Origin: Clostridia bacterium
Lineage (GTDB): Bacteria > Bacillota > Clostridia > UMGS1883 > UMGS1540
Length of the DNA: 60,158 nucleotides
Reading direction: 5' to 3'
Assembly: GCA_045656005.1 (NCBI GenBank)
Contig: JAZOQG010000083.1
Coordinates: 1-60,158, forward strand
In this document: positions 9,602 through 19,261 of the stretch, one piece after another
Position numbering within the stretch: position 1 is the first letter of the stretch
Layout: every line of letters begins with the position of its first letter
Translations under genes and position numbers: made by a program
Notes under the pieces: generated by a model
The model's input: the letters and a program-made list of their open reading frames with translations, nothing else
Database searches by the model: none
What the model was told of the DNA's origin: nothing

Positions 9602-10957
9602 TTATGCCTTTTCAGGAAATTTCTTTGAAATCTCATAAAGCATCAGCGCCATGTAAAAAAATGCAGCAAATAAAACTAAAGTTTTAAGCTCGCTCATAAT
9701 CGAAATCCCATAAATGCTTACGGCAATACATTGATTCATTCTGTGATTTGAAAATTCTCTGCCCGCATTTATCGCTTCTTTTTCAAATCCTTTTATGCTG
9801 TCATATATAGAATTTACTAAAGCATCTGCCGATGCATATAGTTGTGCATTCTGACTTCCCGAAGATATTTTATCCATTACAAGACTATTATCCATAATTT
9901 CTTTTTCGTTTGATGCCACATAATCACTGAATTTTGTGGCAAAAACAGAAAGTTCGTCAACACCGACCTTTGTTCTTCCCATATAATACTTACCTTCCTG
10001 GTCCCATGTAGGAACAAGTACAACCCTTGTCATTTCCTCACTGTACATATCAATTGCCTGATTGCAAAGGTTATAGGAAATTTCGTTTTTCTGCCTGTCA
10101 AAGTCAACATTTTTATTCTGATAGGAAAGTCTGTCAACATATTCATTTCTGTCCCTTACAATACCATTTTGTAAAATAAGAGACCTTAAATTCTGATTTA
10201 TCTGAGTTTCTTTAAACTGATGTACCTTGCCTGCAATGGAATTAAAGGTACTTCCGCTCTCTGTAACAAAGCTGGAATTTTTAGCTGCCATACCATATAA
10301 ATAATTTAAAACGGCCTGCGTTTCTTTATCGAAATACGCCACTATATCCATGTACTCCATTTCCTCAAATACAGGTTTTTCAGTAGGCAGTTTAAAATTA
10401 TCAGTGTATTTTTCTATGTAGTATTCCTTGTAGGCTGCAGTTATCAGTTTAATAACATTTTCGCTGTCGAGGTGGTCTGTGTCTTTCGATGCGTGATATT
10501 CAACTGCAAACTCCGTGGAAATATGGTACTCCGACTCATCTCCGACTCCCCCCTGTACGCAAGGGTAAACCACAAGACAATTTTTAAGTTCCTTTACCGT
10601 CACATCTTCGAGTGCACCTTTTTTTATAGCTTTCTCAACAACTTCATCGCTGATAATTTCTGCCATATTGTATCTGGTACCATTTGAATTTTGTGCCTGC
10701 GATGCTTCTGAATAATTTAAGGAAACTATTGCATGAACAGACTTTTTGAGTTCAAAGTGATTAAAAATCCCATAAAACATAGTAACAATAAAACACAAAA
10801 GAATTACCCATGCATTAAAATATTCTGCAGTTTTAAAAATCTGTTTGCGTTCTGTAGGATTGACATTTTTAAAACGCAAAAATATTCTTGTTGCCGAAAA
10901 CACAAAAAGCGCACCAACGATTAAAACAATTAATTTTTGAAGTATTCCGGTAATCAT
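9602..10957 (-). CDS. Polysaccharide co-polymerase-like protein, paralog of the extracellular part of 7719..9584
   Basis: Two N-terminal TMs and one C-terminal TM; shared blocks LNYSEASQAQNSNGTRYNMAEIIS ~ IHYNDEQAEKGLAPTGDKLDVNEIKS and FVTESGSTF ~ FRSTETGVSF. Confidence 0.65.
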   Translation of the reverse strand: MITGILQKLIVLIVGALFVFSATRIFLRFKNVNPTERKQIFKTAEYFNAWVILLCFIVTMFYGIFNHFELKKSVHAIVSLNYSEASQAQNSNGTRYNMAEIISDEVVEKAIKKGALEDVTVKELKNCLVVYPCVQGGVGDESEYHISTEFAVEYHASKDTDHLDSENVIKLITAAYKEYYIEKYTDNFKLPTEKPVFEEMEYMDIVAYFDKETQAVLNYLYGMAAKNSSFVTESGSTFNSIAGKVHQFKETQINQNLRSLILQNGIVRDRNEYVDRLSYQNKNVDFDRQKNEISYNLCNQAIDMYSEEMTRVVLVPTWDQEGKYYMGRTKVGVDELSVFATKFSDYVASNEKEIMDNSLVMDKISSGSQNAQLYASADALVNSIYDSIKGFEKEAINAGREFSNHRMNQCIAVSIYGISIMSELKTLVLFAAFFYMALMLYEISKKFPEKA

Positions 10958-10976
10958 TTTCTATCCCCTCCCGAAA

Positions 10977-12239
10977 TTAAAATTTATTAATATCAATAAT
11001 AACCAATTCGGGTTCATTATTAATACGTAAAAGATTTGAATTTTCAAGTCCACCGCTTACTATAAGAGGTTTTCCGGCAGCGACATATCTTCCATATACA
11101 AATCTTCCTCCACGTTCTGGAAACAGACCTCCTTCGTGTGTGTACAAGGTACCAAGCACAGGAATTCTCATAACACCGCCGTGTGTGTGACCTGCTATCA
11201 TCAAATCCCCCCAAAATTCAGGTTGAAACTCTTCGAAGATAAAAGGCTCATGCACTGCAGTTATTTTTAGATTATCGGGATTTTGATAAATATAATCCCC
11301 GAATGCTTTCTCCGAATAAGACCAGAATGATGACGGGTTTGAATTTAAAACTCCGTAAACATCAATGGTCATTGTTTTAACATTTATTGTGTCCTTTTCG
11401 TTTTTCAGGACTTTTATGCCCGCCTTTTCAAGTTTTTCCTCAAAAGAATCTTTTATTTCAAGAAGTTTTGTTTCGTCACGGTTGTCACTTGTAAATCCGA
11501 ATTTTTTGTCAAGCTCTTCCTCAACAAATGAAAAACCATAAATACTTTCCACTTCGTTGTTACCATATATATAATATGAAGGAGCAATTTTTGAAAGCTC
11601 ACGCCCTAAAGTCACAGCATACTCAGCATCATCTTTGGCGGAATTTACGATATCGCCCGTTAAGATTATTACGTCAGGCTCTAAGGCTTTAACGCGTTTA
11701 ATAAGCTTTTGATTGTTTTTACCATAAGATGCACCATGCATATCCGACAACTGAATAACGCGTACAGGACTATCAACCTTGATACTGCTCACATTATAAA
11801 AAGTTTCCCTGAAATTCCTGTTGCCGATATAACTACACATAATAATTATTATGGCTGTTGCAAAGCAAACAAAAATCATGCCGATAGCAAAGAAATTCAC
11901 AGCTTTAATGTTCTTTTTTACTTTTGGATGAAGTTCTTTGCGATTTTCTTTTTTAGATATTTTTATTTTCTTGTCGTCACCAAGTACCGACCATATGCTG
12001 GAAAAAAGCGCATCTTTGCATTCTTTTTTAAACTCTTTAAATTTTTCATGGCCATGATAAACAACCGTAATGTGTTTTTCATCAATAATCTCAATATCAA
12101 ATGTATCTGCCCAGATATTGTAACATTCATTGGTTGCCACTTTTTTAAAAAGTTCCAGGATATGTTCCTGATTCCTTTCCATATCATCAAAATGTTTCAT
12201 GTTATCCATATCAAACAAACCTTTACCTTTATTTTTCAT
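10977..12239 (-). CDS. Membrane-anchored metallophosphoesterase (YkuE-like) with extra N-terminal domain
   Basis: SDMHG, TGDIVN, GNNE, HEP, GHTHGG motifs after a TM at ~116-137. Confidence 0.85.
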   Translation of the reverse strand: MKNKGKGLFDMDNMKHFDDMERNQEHILELFKKVATNECYNIWADTFDIEIIDEKHITVVYHGHEKFKEFKKECKDALFSSIWSVLGDDKKIKISKKENRKELHPKVKKNIKAVNFFAIGMIFVCFATAIIIIMCSYIGNRNFRETFYNVSSIKVDSPVRVIQLSDMHGASYGKNNQKLIKRVKALEPDVIILTGDIVNSAKDDAEYAVTLGRELSKIAPSYYIYGNNEVESIYGFSFVEEELDKKFGFTSDNRDETKLLEIKDSFEEKLEKAGIKVLKNEKDTINVKTMTIDVYGVLNSNPSSFWSYSEKAFGDYIYQNPDNLKITAVHEPFIFEEFQPEFWGDLMIAGHTHGGVMRIPVLGTLYTHEGGLFPERGGRFVYGRYVAAGKPLIVSGGLENSNLLRINNEPELVIIDINKF

Positions 12240-13356
12240 AGAGACTTATAGTTGCCTTTGCAACGTCTCGCCAGTTATATTTGTTTAAAATAAATTCGTC
12301 TGCACCTTCTCTGATTTTATCAACAAGTTCATTGCTATCACAAAGCAATTGAAGCTTCTCTGCTAAATCAGACACGTTTCCCTTTTTAAAGTAAATTGCC
12401 TTGTCCCCTGCAACCGATGTGTTCTCAGGTATATCCGAACAAAGGAGAGCATTACCATATGCAAGTGACTCTAAAAGACATAAAGACATTCCCTCAAGGT
12501 CCGATGGCAACACATTTATAAAAGCATTTGAATATATTTCATTTAAAGTATCGCCCGATATAAAACCTGTAAAAATAATATTTGGATTCCCTTCTGCTTT
12601 TTTCTTAAGGCTTTCCACATAAGCATCAGTATCACTTGTATCTCCTGCGATAACAAGTTTTTTATCAGTGTTTATTTTAGAATATGCATCAATGAGATAA
12701 TGAACGCCCTTTTCGGCAGTCAGCCTTGATACCAGCGATATATATTCATTTTTCAAAAGTCCGTACTTTTCCGTGATAATCTCAGCATCTTTTCTCACGG
12801 GACGGTTTATTCCGTTGTGAATAATGGTAGTTTCACGGCCGTATGTTTCTTTGAAATAATCATAAGCTGCTTGACTCAGCACTATAACCTCGTTTGCATA
12901 TTTTGCAAGGATTTTTTCTCCAAACTTTATATATTTTGAGGCAAATCCTTTACCCCATTTTTCTCTCTGCCAGTCAAGTCCGTGAACAGTAGCCACGCAC
13001 TTTTTGCCAAAAAGTTTAGGTATCCAGAGTGCCGCACAGGGTCCTTCCGCATGAAAATGAATAACATCATACTTACGAAAAGATGCAGAAATTGCTGCAG
13101 TAAATGACGCTATCATTGCGGCAAAACCGCGGAAATTTATGGTTGGGGCCTTTTTGATTTTTACACCCTTATACATATTGTTTTTCACGGTGCCCACATA
13201 TTCATTTTCAACCTTGTCCGATGAGCGGTTGTAGCAGGTAACATCAATTCCCATCTCAACGAGCATAGGGCATAGAGTAGTTAACACATTTTCTATTCCT
13301 CCGCGCCTTGAGGGAACCACCTTGTGCCCAATCATAGCAACTTTCATTTTTCTCAC
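12229..13356 (-). CDS. Glycosyltransferase family 4
   Basis: RRGGIE, HFHAEGP, TVHGLDW, SRLTAEKG, EGMSLCLLES. Confidence 0.92.
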   Translation of the reverse strand: MRKMKVAMIGHKVVPSRRGGIENVLTTLCPMLVEMGIDVTCYNRSSDKVENEYVGTVKNNMYKGVKIKKAPTINFRGFAAMIASFTAAISASFRKYDVIHFHAEGPCAALWIPKLFGKKCVATVHGLDWQREKWGKGFASKYIKFGEKILAKYANEVIVLSQAAYDYFKETYGRETTIIHNGINRPVRKDAEIITEKYGLLKNEYISLVSRLTAEKGVHYLIDAYSKINTDKKLVIAGDTSDTDAYVESLKKKAEGNPNIIFTGFISGDTLNEIYSNAFINVLPSDLEGMSLCLLESLAYGNALLCSDIPENTSVAGDKAIYFKKGNVSDLAEKLQLLCDSNELVDKIREGADEFILNKYNWRDVAKATISLYEK

Positions 13357-13368
13357 TCCAAATTCCTA

Positions 13369-14049
13369 TTATCTTCCTGTAGCTGTCAGCATAACTATAG
13401 GTGTCTTAAGCATAATCTTTATATCATTTAAGTATGTCCTTGTTTGTATGTACTCTATATCCATTTCAACCCACTGTTCAAATGGTACATCGTTTCTGTT
13501 TTCGTGAATCTGCCATGTGCAGGTAATACCGGGAGTAACTAAAAGTCTCAGCCTTTGATAATCAGTATAGTACTTTACCTCTCTCGGAAGCGGAGGTCTC
13601 GGCCCTACCAAAGTCATATCGCCCTTTAAAACATTGAAAAACTGCATAAGCTCGTCAAGAGAAACTTTTCTTAAAAACTTTCCGACCCTTGTTATACGCG
13701 GGTCTTCCTTTATTTTAAACACAGGCCCGTCCATTTCGTTTTGCTTTGCAAGCTGTTCAATCATTTTGTCAGCATTTGCCTTCATAGTCCTGAATTTATA
13801 CATATAAAATTCTTTTCCATGCCTGCCTACTCTTATCTGCTTGTAGAAAGGCCCCGCACTTGGGTCGTCAATTACAATGATAATTGAAATTATAATCATC
13901 AGCGGCAGGAAAAAAAGCAAAATAAGTGTAGCAAAAAAGATGTCAAAAAGCCTTTTCTTTTTCCAGTACGAGCCATATGATTTTTCAATAATCATTTCAA
14001 GTTTTTCCCTTGTTTTCTCATCTACTTTTTCCCCATCAATGTAAGGCAT
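13369..14049 (-). CDS. Priming undecaprenyl-phosphate sugar phosphotransferase (WcaJ/EpsE C-terminal type)
   Basis: KRLFDI, FYMYKFRTM, DPRITRVGKFLRK.SLDEL, GDMTLVGPRP, PGITC.WQ. Confidence 0.93.
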   Translation of the reverse strand: MPYIDGEKVDEKTREKLEMIIEKSYGSYWKKKRLFDIFFATLILLFFLPLMIIISIIIVIDDPSAGPFYKQIRVGRHGKEFYMYKFRTMKANADKMIEQLAKQNEMDGPVFKIKEDPRITRVGKFLRKVSLDELMQFFNVLKGDMTLVGPRPPLPREVKYYTDYQRLRLLVTPGITCTWQIHENRNDVPFEQWVEMDIEYIQTRTYLNDIKIMLKTPIVMLTATGR

Positions 14050-14902
14050 TATGAACACTTCCTTCTGTTATTTTCATTAAACAGTTAAATTCTGTTTTTC
14101 TGTTTTCAGAGAAATAAAATTCTTCGAATACTATATTTTTGTTTTCAAAATCAGCTTCATTCTTACTTAAATAACCCGGATGAAATAAAACTTCTATATC
14201 TCTTTTGTCTTTTTCTGCCATTTTTATATACTTTGGCAAAATTTTACTTACTCTTTTTTCGTCCATTTTTCCAGAAAAGAGTATCCCCATAAAATACGAC
14301 GTTGGTATTTTGTATTTTTCCGCTCTGTTTTTATTAATCAGCCACAGGAGTTTCAGCAGCCATTGTTTAATAATATTTACTGCGTCATATGTAAAATAAA
14401 GCGACGGCGTTTTTATATATGGTAACAACGGCTCTGCGGGGACACGCATGTATTCCAAATCTATTTTTTCATCCTCCAAAACACGGATTAATGCTTTGAA
14501 TATGGCAGGAATCATATGAGTATGCTGATGGCTGTCTATGCAAAATGATACATTTTCAGGTAAAATACTTTTCCAAAATGATACCTGTGTCCGTATTTCA
14601 TTATAAACCTGAGCCTCAAGCTCTTTTCCATGGAATAAATTAAGTTTTAAAAGTCCCGTAAATGTGTGTTTGAAGTTTCCGTTTTTGTCTGCAAGTAAAG
14701 TTATTTTATCGGCCTCAGCCATGCACTTGCCTTCAACAAGGTTTAAATGCAGGGATAACCTGATATTTTTATTATTAAGGTCAATATGTTCAAAGTTTGG
14801 GAATATACTGACTTTATTAAGTCCCCCTTCATCTATACACTTTTGTATGTTTGCAGATGCACTATGACATAACCCATAATCGTCAGCACAAAAATATATC
14901 AC
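14036..14902 (-). CDS. ChbG/HpnK/YdjC family carbohydrate deacetylase
   Basis: ADDYG, LHLNLVEG, IDSHQHTH, HPG motifs. Confidence 0.88.
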   Translation of the reverse strand: MIYFCADDYGLCHSASANIQKCIDEGGLNKVSIFPNFEHIDLNNKNIRLSLHLNLVEGKCMAEADKITLLADKNGNFKHTFTGLLKLNLFHGKELEAQVYNEIRTQVSFWKSILPENVSFCIDSHQHTHMIPAIFKALIRVLEDEKIDLEYMRVPAEPLLPYIKTPSLYFTYDAVNIIKQWLLKLLWLINKNRAEKYKIPTSYFMGILFSGKMDEKRVSKILPKYIKMAEKDKRDIEVLFHPGYLSKNEADFENKNIVFEEFYFSENRKTEFNCLMKITEGSVHNALH

Positions 14903-16456
14903 TTAATTTTCACCTTCAGTACCCAATTTAATAGCTACAATATCATCTATAACTGCTATGCAGTCCTCAGATGGCCACTTTTTCATGGATTTGACATCTT
15001 CTCTTTGTAAAAGCGCTCTTTTTTCTTCTCCGCTTACGAAATCATAATCCATTTCGCAATAATCTGAAAGAGCACTGCAAAGTACACTTTGTCCAACTGT
15101 TTCGTCATCTGAACGTATTATATATCCGTCTGTAATTCCAGTAATATCCGGTGGAAGATTAACACTATAACCCTCGCTGTTATCAAGTGCGCCAATGACT
15201 AAAATTTTGTCGCACTTCTCTGCCCCTTCAGTCCTGTCTATCCTGTCGGCTATGCGAACTAAAACTCCGTAAGATTTTTCATATGCCATTTGTGCCTTAT
15301 GATAACTTATATTTGATATAACCACCTGGTTCGAAATTATCATCAAAGCAATTATAAGAATAATCCAGCACTTTGTGCTTTTATTCTCTCCTCTTTCATA
15401 AAGAATGAGGAAAAAGAGATAAAACACCGAGTAGCCCATAAGCATCAGATTGTGATAATCAACTCCTGCATTTACAAAAGCCAATACCCCTGCCCCCATT
15501 ATAAGCATAACACCAAGAATAAGCAAGAGTAAAATATTGACAATATTTTTATATAGATTATTTTTTACTATGTATTTGAGGTAATGGGCAAGCGTAAACA
15601 AAAATGCAAAAGTATTGAGTAGAACATATAAGTTTATGCCTTCCGATAAATCAAAAAAGCAATTTAAAAAAGTTTCCTTTATAACATAAAGAGAGCCGGG
15701 AAAATCTATATTTGAAAGTGATGCCGTTTCATTAATTCCCTGATAATCAAGTAAATTTGCGGAAAAAATCAGGAGCAAAATTTTAAGAATAACTCCATAT
15801 AACGCCACACCTAAAATTCCCGTTAAAAGCATAAGAACGCTTTTTTTCAAAACAATTCCAAAAGATGTCCTGCTATAAATTATTTCATCAATAAGTTTTA
15901 GAAGTACAAGCATTATTGTAACGGTTATATATGCCTGATAGATACCTGTTGAAAATGCAATAAGTAAAGCCGAAAGCATGTATCTCGGTTTCTCATTTGT
16001 CATAAAAAGAGCCGCAAGACAAGAAAGAAAAAATGCTATACTGTAACCGTCTGCCACATAGCCGTACATCATAACAGATGTTACCGTGGGAAATGAAACA
16101 ATTACTGCTCCTATTAAAAAAGCGGTAATTTTTTTCTGTACATTCAGAATTTTGCAAATGCACACAGCTCCAAAAGCATGAAATAGAATTGCTATAATGC
16201 CATTCAAAAACGGTAAATCATAAAAAGAGCTGGGCGAGCAAACAACGGGCAAAAACCATCTTCCAAGTGAAATCATATTCTGCGCATCGTAGCGAAACAC
16301 TAAAGAATCCCAATTAGGAAGCCAGTTTGTTATTTTATATAAATGAGCCAAAAGTCCCACAATAAAAGCCGAAACAAAACAAACCCTCCATTGAGGAAGA
16401 ATATACGTATTCAGTTTTTTCAGCGCTTTTTCAGGCAAACCTACCACTCCAACCAT
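14903..16456 (-). CDS. GtrII-like polytopic membrane glycosyltransferase (side-chain addition)
   Basis: LGRWF, STGIYQAY, DYQG motifs and many TMs; true start may be TTG at 16438. Confidence 0.78.
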   Translation of the reverse strand: MVGVVGLPEKALKKLNTYILPQWRVCFVSAFIVGLLAHLYKITNWLPNWDSLVFRYDAQNMISLGRWFLPVVCSPSSFYDLPFLNGIIAILFHAFGAVCICKILNVQKKITAFLIGAVIVSFPTVTSVMMYGYVADGYSIAFFLSCLAALFMTNEKPRYMLSALLIAFSTGIYQAYITVTIMLVLLKLIDEIIYSRTSFGIVLKKSVLMLLTGILGVALYGVILKILLLIFSANLLDYQGINETASLSNIDFPGSLYVIKETFLNCFFDLSEGINLYVLLNTFAFLFTLAHYLKYIVKNNLYKNIVNILLLLILGVMLIMGAGVLAFVNAGVDYHNLMLMGYSVFYLFFLILYERGENKSTKCWIILIIALMIISNQVVISNISYHKAQMAYEKSYGVLVRIADRIDRTEGAEKCDKILVIGALDNSEGYSVNLPPDITGITDGYIIRSDDETVGQSVLCSALSDYCEMDYDFVSGEEKRALLQREDVKSMKKWPSEDCIAVIDDIVAIKLGTEGEN

Positions 16457-17175
16457 TTAAGTTTATATAAAAATTTTCCGTACAGTTTATCATATAGCTT
16501 TACGCCTATAATGCGTTTTAAAAGCAAAGTCCTCTTTGCCGTCGGGGAAATCCATGATGCACAAAAATGATGAATAGAATAAGTGTTCTTTGTTATTATT
16601 TTTTTCCCTGTATAATATTTCATCGGACAAAGATAATCCTCTGGGAGCATTTGTACCCCCATAAAAATCTGGTTTTGTTTACTGATATCCATTCCAAGTC
16701 TTTGCATAGTTTTTGTGTTTCTTTCAGGACAAGGGGTTAAATCATAGGTTCCATCAGGAAGAACAAAAGGTATCTCGTCATAATCTCTTAGTAATGCTTC
16801 AATAAGTTTGTTCCCTTTTTCGCAGGCAAAGCCAAGCCCCGTTGAAATAATGCCGTTATCATCAAATCCCATAAAGCCTTTTTCTTCAATAAGTTTATCA
16901 ATAGGCTTTATAAGTTCAACATCCGTATCGAAATAAACTCCGCCATTGTCATAAAGCACCTTAAGTCTCGCAAAATCACTTACAAAGGCCCATTTACCTG
17001 CATCGTATGCTTCCTTTACATATTTGTTTTGATTTATATCAAAATTTTCTTCATTCACGCAAACTATTTTATAATCAGGACAGTATTTCTTCCAGCTTTC
17101 CATACACTTTTCGGAAAGATGCGTCATTTTCCCTTTTCCGAACCAGCAATAATATATTACTTTTGGAATAGTCAT
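16441..17175 (-). CDS. Glycosyltransferase family 32 (DXD)
   Basis: IPKVIYYCWFG, WAFVSDFARL, GGVYFDTDVE, IHHFCASW. Confidence 0.9.
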   Translation of the reverse strand: MTIPKVIYYCWFGKGKMTHLSEKCMESWKKYCPDYKIVCVNEENFDINQNKYVKEAYDAGKWAFVSDFARLKVLYDNGGVYFDTDVELIKPIDKLIEEKGFMGFDDNGIISTGLGFACEKGNKLIEALLRDYDEIPFVLPDGTYDLTPCPERNTKTMQRLGMDISKQNQIFMGVQMLPEDYLCPMKYYTGKKIITKNTYSIHHFCASWISPTAKRTLLLKRIIGVKLYDKLYGKFLYKLKWLEW

Positions 17176-18677
17176 ACCTTTTTATTCCCCCTGTATATTT
17201 GCAAAATAGTCTTAAAAGCAGATTTGTTAAATACATAATTTACAAATAAGTATAACAAAACAATCCATATTGAATTTATAACTCCGTAAATCATAAGTTT
17301 TAAAAAGGATACTCCGCTGAATGTGTCAACAAAAAATATTACCATAACCAAAGCAAAAACCATACCGTTTGAAATTAAGATTTTGTATGTACACATCTGA
17401 CTTCTTTTTAAAACTTTCCTGTTCGAAAAGTAAATTGTCACTATCCCGCGGTACAAAAGCGCCGCAATGGTTCCGAGTATCGCACCGCATATTCCTATAC
17501 ATATAATTGCTATAACGGAAACTGTAATATTTATAATCATTTCCCATATTGCATAGGAACGTGTTTTCTCAAAATCTCCTGAATATTCAATAACAACGTT
17601 CCCAGGAAGTTTAAAATTAGCCATCAAATTCATAATAGCAAAAAGCAATACCAGAAATACATTTGAATACTCGGCATCGTTTATTCCGCTTGTATATATC
17701 TGTATGAGCGGAAGTAGAAAAACTGCCATAAGAGTATAAATAATACAAGTTGCCATTATGTAAAAGGTTTCATATACGTTAAACAGTTTGTCAAACCTTT
17801 CTCTGTCAGTATGAAACATCTGCCCAAGCGCAAATGTAAATGACGAAACTATGCTCGTTATAAAGTTTTGCATTTGCGAGAAAAATATATTATATATAGT
17901 ATAAATACTCACTGTCTTAAAATCGCACAAAGCGGAAATAAGAAGTACATCAGTATTACTGAATACCAATCCTGAAAGCTGATGTACCAAAACCGAGTTT
18001 TTCTGCGAAATAGCCTCAAAGTCAGGTTTTGCCTTTAAATCAAGCCACTTATATCTGCGTTTTGCATAAAAATATAAAAATACAAGCTGAATAAGAGCAA
18101 TTATGCAATAAACAAGCTGAATAAGAATAAGGCTGTCAGTAAGCAACAAAACAAGTATTTTGCCCACATTTGATGCAAGCTGAACAATTGTTTCTGCGTT
18201 ATTTAAAACATACTTCCTGCCGTCAACCTCCATAAGTATTCTATATTTTGCCTGAACAAAATAGCTAAATAACCCTGGCACGGCATTGAGTATCACCAGA
18301 AAGAAAAGTATTGTGCTATTTATGGATGTAGGAATAAGGTAAGCATAACCCCCCGCAATAATAAGCACTAAGACAAGATATATTATTCCTGTTTTAATGT
18401 AATAAGAATTAGTTGCGGAAAGAACTGAATTTGCACTCTTATAATCCCTTTCCCCAATTCTTTTATAAAGTGCCTGAGTTGTAGCAAGTCCTACTCCTGC
18501 CTCTAAAATCCACATATATGTAAAAATCTGTTTTATCGACTGCAAAACACCGTTGACTTCCGAGCCAAAATTCTCAAGATAAAGCCTCGGCAGAAGAAAA
18601 CTCAGCGTTATAAGCACTACCTGATATACAAGCGAGGATATCAGGTTATTTTTTATTCTGGTATCTTTATCAGCCAA
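17172..18677 (-). CDS. wzx: Wzx polysaccharide flippase
   Basis: 12-14 TMs, FGSEVNG, EAGVG, TDVLLIS; TTG start after GGGGTG. Confidence 0.85.
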   Translation of the reverse strand: MADKDTRIKNNLISSLVYQVVLITLSFLLPRLYLENFGSEVNGVLQSIKQIFTYMWILEAGVGLATTQALYKRIGERDYKSANSVLSATNSYYIKTGIIYLVLVLIIAGGYAYLIPTSINSTILFFLVILNAVPGLFSYFVQAKYRILMEVDGRKYVLNNAETIVQLASNVGKILVLLLTDSLILIQLVYCIIALIQLVFLYFYAKRRYKWLDLKAKPDFEAISQKNSVLVHQLSGLVFSNTDVLLISALCDFKTVSIYTIYNIFFSQMQNFITSIVSSFTFALGQMFHTDRERFDKLFNVYETFYIMATCIIYTLMAVFLLPLIQIYTSGINDAEYSNVFLVLLFAIMNLMANFKLPGNVVIEYSGDFEKTRSYAIWEMIINITVSVIAIICIGICGAILGTIAALLYRGIVTIYFSNRKVLKRSQMCTYKILISNGMVFALVMVIFFVDTFSGVSFLKLMIYGVINSIWIVLLYLFVNYVFNKSAFKTILQIYRGNKKV

Positions 18678-18691
18678 AGTGCACCCCCATA

Positions 18692-19234
18692 CTATATGCA
18701 GTTGCAAATATAATCCGCAGTAGCATTCTCTTTTGGAATTATTCTCCCGGGATTTCCAATAACAATGCTGTGGTCGGGAACGTCAAAATTCACATAAGTA
18801 AGCGGTGCTATAAGAACATCGCTCCCGATTTTAATATTACCTACAATAACTGCATTTGTCCCAATCCAGCAATTATCTGAAATTTGAGGTATTCCCTTTC
18901 TCTCCCCACGGTTTTCCATTCCTATTGTAACACCCGTGCCGATATTTATATTTTTCCCCAACACAGCATCGGGATGAATTATCACCCGACCAAGATGCCC
19001 GATATAAAATCCTTCCCCTATTCTTGTCCTTGCAGGTATCTGGATTTGAGTTTTATGGGACAGATACATAAGTCTTAACATATAAAAAACCTTTAAGGGA
19101 AGAACTTTACACATATTCGCTTTTCTAAACACAGATATGTATTTTATTTCAAGCGGTCTTAATACCTTTTTGAGAAAAGGTTCTCCGCTTTCTCCGTAAT
19201 ATCTGTAAAGGTCTTTTTTAAAAACACTGTTCAT
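18692..19234 (-). CDS. Hexapeptide-repeat O-acetyltransferase (SAT/WcaB-like)
   Basis: IGEGFYIGH, LGKNINIGTGVTIG, NCWIGTNAVIVG, VIGNPG. Confidence 0.88.
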   Translation of the reverse strand: MNSVFKKDLYRYYGESGEPFLKKVLRPLEIKYISVFRKANMCKVLPLKVFYMLRLMYLSHKTQIQIPARTRIGEGFYIGHLGRVIIHPDAVLGKNINIGTGVTIGMENRGERKGIPQISDNCWIGTNAVIVGNIKIGSDVLIAPLTYVNFDVPDHSIVIGNPGRIIPKENATADYICNCI

Positions 19235-19261
19235 TGATTTTCACACTCATTTTTCTCTTTA

